Below are positions 60,721 through 64,000 of a stretch of 64,000 bases of DNA, piece by piece. Origin of the DNA: Christensenellaceae bacterium. Lineage in GTDB: Bacteria > Bacillota > Clostridia > Christensenellales > CAG-138. The position numbers and the translations under genes are program-made. The stretch lies in NCBI GenBank assembly GCA_963667795.1, contig OY764017.1:3457778-3521777 (forward strand). Reading direction: 5' to 3'. The stretch's first letter is position 1; each line of letters starts with the position of its first letter. The notes under the pieces are model-generated. The model ran no database searches, was not told the DNA's origin, and saw only the letters and a list, made by a program, of their open reading frames with translations.

Positions 60721-61587
60721 ATGAAGGATACGACAAAAGGCACAATCGCCATGCTGATTACCGCGCTGTTATGGAGCGCGGGCGGGCTGTTTATCAAGAT
60801 GGTTCCATGGAATCCGCTTGCCATCACGGGCGCGCGCGGGCTGCTTGCCGCGGGTGTGGTTTTTCTCTACCTGCGCGCCAAGCACATTAAACTGCACATC
60901 AGCAAGCAAACGCTGACCATCGCCGTATGCCTTGCGGGCGTATGCGCAACGTTTGTGACCGCAAACAAGCTCACAACCGCGGCAAACGCAATCGTCATCC
61001 AGTATTGCGCGCCGGTTTACGTGCTGCTTTACGTCGCATTCGTGCAGAAAAAGAAGCTCCGTCCGCTGGACATCGCCGTGGTGCCGATCACGATCTTTGG
61101 CGTGGCGCTGTGCTTCATCAGTCAGATTGGCCGCGGTGGATGGATTGGCGACGTGGTTGCCGTGATCTCAGGCATGTTTTTTGCGGGCATGTTCATCGCC
61201 AGCGAAAACGTAAGCGAGCAGACGCGCGTCAACGGCATTATGCAAGGTCAGCTCCTAACTGCGCTGATCGGATTGCCGGTGCTTGCGCTTACGCATCCCG
61301 TTTTTACTGCGCAGGCAGTCGGCGGCATCGTCGTGCTTGGATTGTTCCAGGTCGGACTTGCGTATGTGTTTTACGCCGTTGCGCTGAGAAGCGCGCCGCT
61401 TTTAACCTGCTCTCTGCTGGCGGTACTGGAACCGCTGCTCAATCCGGTTTGGGTGTTTCTCTTCAACGGCGAGAATCCCGGCGTGTGGTCGCTGGTCGGC
61501 GGTGTGATCGTCGTGTTCACCATCACACTGTGGTACATGCACGACGCGCGGTCGGCAAAGATGGCCAATACGCGAAAAGCCGCATAA
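60721..61587 (+). CDS. EamA/DMT family transporter
   Basis: ~10 hydrophobic helices in two repeats; ANAIVIQYCAP, LEPLLNPVW. Confidence 0.9.
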   Translation: MKDTTKGTIAMLITALLWSAGGLFIKMVPWNPLAITGARGLLAAGVVFLYLRAKHIKLHISKQTLTIAVCLAGVCATFVTANKLTTAANAIVIQYCAPVYVLLYVAFVQKKKLRPLDIAVVPITIFGVALCFISQIGRGGWIGDVVAVISGMFFAGMFIASENVSEQTRVNGIMQGQLLTALIGLPVLALTHPVFTAQAVGGIVVLGLFQVGLAYVFYAVALRSAPLLTCSLLAVLEPLLNPVWVFLFNGENPGVWSLVGGVIVVFTITLWYMHDARSAKMANTRKAA

Positions 61588-61603
61588 CCATGCGAAAAAC
61601 GGC

Positions 61604-61632
61604 TTGCAATCGGAACGCGGCTGTGTTATAAT
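61604..61632 (+). promoter_or_regulatory. Sigma-A promoter for rplS
   Basis: TTGCAA-17 bp-TATAAT with TG extension. Confidence 0.75.
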
Positions 61633-61646
61633 CGCGTTCGTGACAT

Positions 61647-61685
61647 CGGGCGGTCCTCTGTTCGGCATTCGGATATGAACGCTTG
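61647..61685 (+). ncRNA. L19 leader-like RNA
   Basis: GGGCGGTCCTCTG...TATGAACGCTT in the rplS 5' UTR, resembling the Firmicutes L19 leader. Confidence 0.6.
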
Positions 61686-61708
61686 CGAAATGAAAGGAGA
61701 AATTTTCA

Positions 61709-62074
61709 ATGTCGAACATTATTCAGGAACTGGAAAAAGAGCAGCTTCGCACAGATTTGCCGAAGCTGGAGGTTGGCGATACCGTCCGTGTATTCGTCAA
61801 GGTTATTGAAGGCAACCGCGAGCGTCTGCAGAACTTTGAAGGCGTCGTGATCAAGATTCAGGGCGGCGGCGTCCGCAGATCCTTCACCGTTCGTCGTATT
61901 TCCTACGGCGTCGGCGTAGAGCGTACGTTCCCGTACAACAGCCCCCGCATCGGTCGCATCGAAGTGGTTCGCCACGGCGTCGTCCGCCGCGCGAAGCTCT
62001 TCTATCTGCGTGAGCGTTCCGGTAAGTCCGCGAAGATCCGTGAGCGCATCGTCGATAAGAACAAGAAAAAGTAA
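61709..62074 (+). CDS. rplS: 50S ribosomal protein L19
   Basis: [36 protein letters not shown]. Confidence 0.99.
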   Translation: MSNIIQELEKEQLRTDLPKLEVGDTVRVFVKVIEGNRERLQNFEGVVIKIQGGGVRRSFTVRRISYGVGVERTFPYNSPRIGRIEVVRHGVVRRAKLFYLRERSGKSAKIRERIVDKNKKK

Positions 62075-62092
62075 AACAAACGAAACCAAAAT

Positions 62093-62126
62093 GGACCCCT
62101 GCCGAACCATTGGCGGGGGTTCTTTT
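62093..62126 (+). terminator. Intrinsic terminator after rplS
   Basis: GGACCCCTGCCGA-ACCA-TTGGCGGGGGTTC + TTTT. Confidence 0.75.
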
Positions 62127-62141
62127 CTCTCTTTGTTTATA

Positions 62142-62265
62142 GGAGGCGCTGCCTCCAAACCACCGCCAAAGGGAATCCTCCCTTTGGAATCCCAATGTTC
62201 AGAGAAAGAGACTTTTGAACAAACCATACGTTCTTTTGTCTTACTTTTCTTTTAATAAAAGTAAG
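62142..62265. repeat. Cluster of four palindromes (REP-like element candidate)
   Basis: GGAGGC-GCT-GCCTCC; CCAAAGGGA-ATCC-TCCCTTTGG; GTTCAGAG...CTTTTGAAC; CTTACTTTT...AAAAGTAAG. Confidence 0.55.
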
Positions 62266-62342
62266 GGGTTTTGCGAAAGCACGGGAATCGTTTATAATAA
62301 GCGAAGATAATTTAGAAGACACAGCGACCGAAAGGAAAACAT

Positions 62343-63197
62343 ATGCCGGCAATCAACTGGTACCCCGGGCACATGGCGAAGACGCGCCGCATGCTCGTTG
62401 AAAACTTACGAATGATCGACGTGGTGGTGGAGCTTGTGGATGCACGCGCACCGCTGGCTTCGCGTAACCCTGACTTTGACGACCTGTTTGCCGGGCGGGC
62501 GCGCGTTGTGCTGCTCAACAAGAGCGACCTCGCCGACCCGCAGACGACCAAGCAATGGATCGCATATTTCAACCGCCTCGGCTTTCAGTCCGCAGGCGTG
62601 AGCGCGACGGGTGGATCGGCAAAAAAAATCGCAACCTCTCTCATCGAACGCGCGGCCAAGCCAAAGGTCGACGCCATGAAGCAAAAGGGCGTGAACAAGG
62701 TCGTGCGCTGCATGATGGTCGGCATTCCGAACGTCGGAAAATCCACACTGATCAACCGCATTGCGGGCGTGAGTCGTGCGGAAGTTGGCGACAGGCCGGG
62801 CGTGACGCGCGGCAAGCAGTGGGTCAAGATCACACCGTATCTCGAACTCATGGACACGCCGGGCATGCTGTGGCCAAAGCTGGAAGATCAGCAGATGGCC
62901 GAACATCTCGCGTTTTTGGGCTCGATCAAGGACGAAATCATGGACACGGAGACGCTTGCAACCGACCTACTGGACTATCTAAGACAAGTCAAGCCGCAGG
63001 CGCTGATGGAGCGCTATAAAAAAGTGACTGCGGACGTGTCGATAGAGGAATTGCTGGAGGCGGTTTGCAGAAGCCGCGGCTTTTTGCTCAAAGGCGGCGC
63101 GCTTGATACTGATCGCGCGGCAAGGATCGTGCTGGACGAATTTCGCGCGGGGAAAATTGCGCGCATTACGCTGGAACAACCGGAGAGCGACGCATGA
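62343..63197 (+). CDS. rbgA: Ribosome biogenesis GTPase RbgA (YlqF)
   Basis: INWYPGHMAK, DARAP.ASRN, GIPNVGKS, DTPGMLWPK. Confidence 0.97.
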   Translation: MPAINWYPGHMAKTRRMLVENLRMIDVVVELVDARAPLASRNPDFDDLFAGRARVVLLNKSDLADPQTTKQWIAYFNRLGFQSAGVSATGGSAKKIATSLIERAAKPKVDAMKQKGVNKVVRCMMVGIPNVGKSTLINRIAGVSRAEVGDRPGVTRGKQWVKITPYLELMDTPGMLWPKLEDQQMAEHLAFLGSIKDEIMDTETLATDLLDYLRQVKPQALMERYKKVTADVSIEELLEAVCRSRGFLLKGGALDTDRAARIVLDEFRAGKIARITLEQPESDA

Positions 63198-63820
63198 CGC
63201 GCCTGCCGGAGCCGGAGCGGCTGAAGAAGCTCTGTGAACCGGACACGCTGTTTTGGGAAACGGACGGCACAGTTGTTGCGGGCATGGACGAAGTCGGCAG
63301 AGGGCCTCTGGCCGGACCGGTCGTCGTCGGCTGCGCCGCGATGCCGCCGGAGCCGATTCTTGCACACGTCAACGACTCCAAAAAAGTGACCGAAAAGCGC
63401 AGGGAAGCACTGTATCCTGTTTTGACGGAGACGGCGCTCGGTTATGCGCTCGGCTGGGTTTGGCCGGAGACGATTGACGAGATCAACATTTTGCAGGCGA
63501 CAAAGCGCGCCTTTGCCATGGCGTTTGCCAATATGCCGATAACCGTGACGGACGTGCTGATCGACGCCATGCACGGACTCGACATTCCGGCAAAGCAGCA
63601 CCCGATTGTCCACGGCGATGCGCTGAGCTATAACATTGCATGTGCTTCGATCATTGCCAAGGTTGCGCGTGACCATTACATGATTGAGCAGGACGCGCTG
63701 TATCCGCAGTATGGCTTTGCCAGGCACAAAGGCTATGGCACAAAAGAGCACATTGCGGCGCTGAAAGAATACGGCCCGTGCCCGATTCACCGGCGTTCGT
63801 TTATCGGCAAGTTTTTATGA
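63194..63820 (+). CDS. rnhB: Ribonuclease HII
   Basis: GMDEVGRGPLAGPV, DSKK, ASIIAKVARD, KGYGT, HRRSF. Confidence 0.97.
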   Translation: MTRLPEPERLKKLCEPDTLFWETDGTVVAGMDEVGRGPLAGPVVVGCAAMPPEPILAHVNDSKKVTEKRREALYPVLTETALGYALGWVWPETIDEINILQATKRAFAMAFANMPITVTDVLIDAMHGLDIPAKQHPIVHGDALSYNIACASIIAKVARDHYMIEQDALYPQYGFARHKGYGTKEHIAALKEYGPCPIHRRSFIGKFL

Positions 63821-64000
63821 GCACGACAAGCGTAGGGCGACGCGGCGAAGAGACGGCAAAGCGTGCGCTGGAGCAAAAAGGATATGTTTCCCTTGCGCAG
63901 AATTTTCGGGACGGTCCGCGCGAGATCGACCTTGTGATGAAAGACGGCGCAACCATCGTCTTTGTGGAGGTCAAGGCGCGTTCGTCAATTGCCTACGGAA
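63817..64000 (+). CDS. yraN: YraN/UPF0102 family protein (truncated by window edge)
   Basis: Hand translation MSTTSVGRRGEETAKRALEQKGY...NFR...EIDLVMKDGATIVFVEVKAR; ATGA overlap with rnhB. Confidence 0.9.
   Translation, partial: MSTTSVGRRGEETAKRALEQKGYVSLAQNFRDGPREIDLVMKDGATIVFVEVKARSSIAYG

Noticed and set aside
1-64000. CRISPR arrays, tRNA/rRNA genes, integrases, transposases, prophage or defence genes
   Set aside because: None recognised; intergenic regions are short and no ORF has the relevant motifs

Overview
This 64-kb window looks like chromosomal DNA from a fairly GC-rich Clostridia-type Firmicute (inferred from gene order and sigma-A/sigma-H promoters). Bases ~9.6-64 kb are mostly core housekeeping genes: rlmD-dnaE-whiA-rapZ-murB; a Na+-pumping carboxylase/decarboxylase operon; rimP-nusA-infB-rbfA-truB-ribF-rpsO-pnp; yggS-sepF-divIVA-like-ygiQ; yceD-rpmF-plsX-acpP-rnc-smc-ftsY-ylxM-ffh-rpsP-khpA-rimM-trmD-rplS-rbgA-rnhB-yraN. 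There are two accessory blocks. (i) Bases 1-9.5 kb form a visibly more AT-rich array of small co-oriented genes directly downstream of rlmD. It holds two diguanylate cyclases, an unannotated frameshifted YciI/DGPF pseudogene and an unannotated decayed second copy of the rlmD 3' region, which suggests repeated insertion at this site. (ii) Bases 18.1-25.7 kb hold an ABC exporter plus an exported barnase-like RNase and a barstar with apparently reversed net charges. These are followed by a three-gene operon (clan GH-A-like lipoprotein, membrane-anchored HEAT-repeat protein, processive GT2 synthase), which is the best candidate here for an uncharacterised surface-polysaccharide system. I saw no rRNA, tRNA, CRISPR array, integrase or transposase. 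All calls come from reading motifs by eye; no database searches were run.
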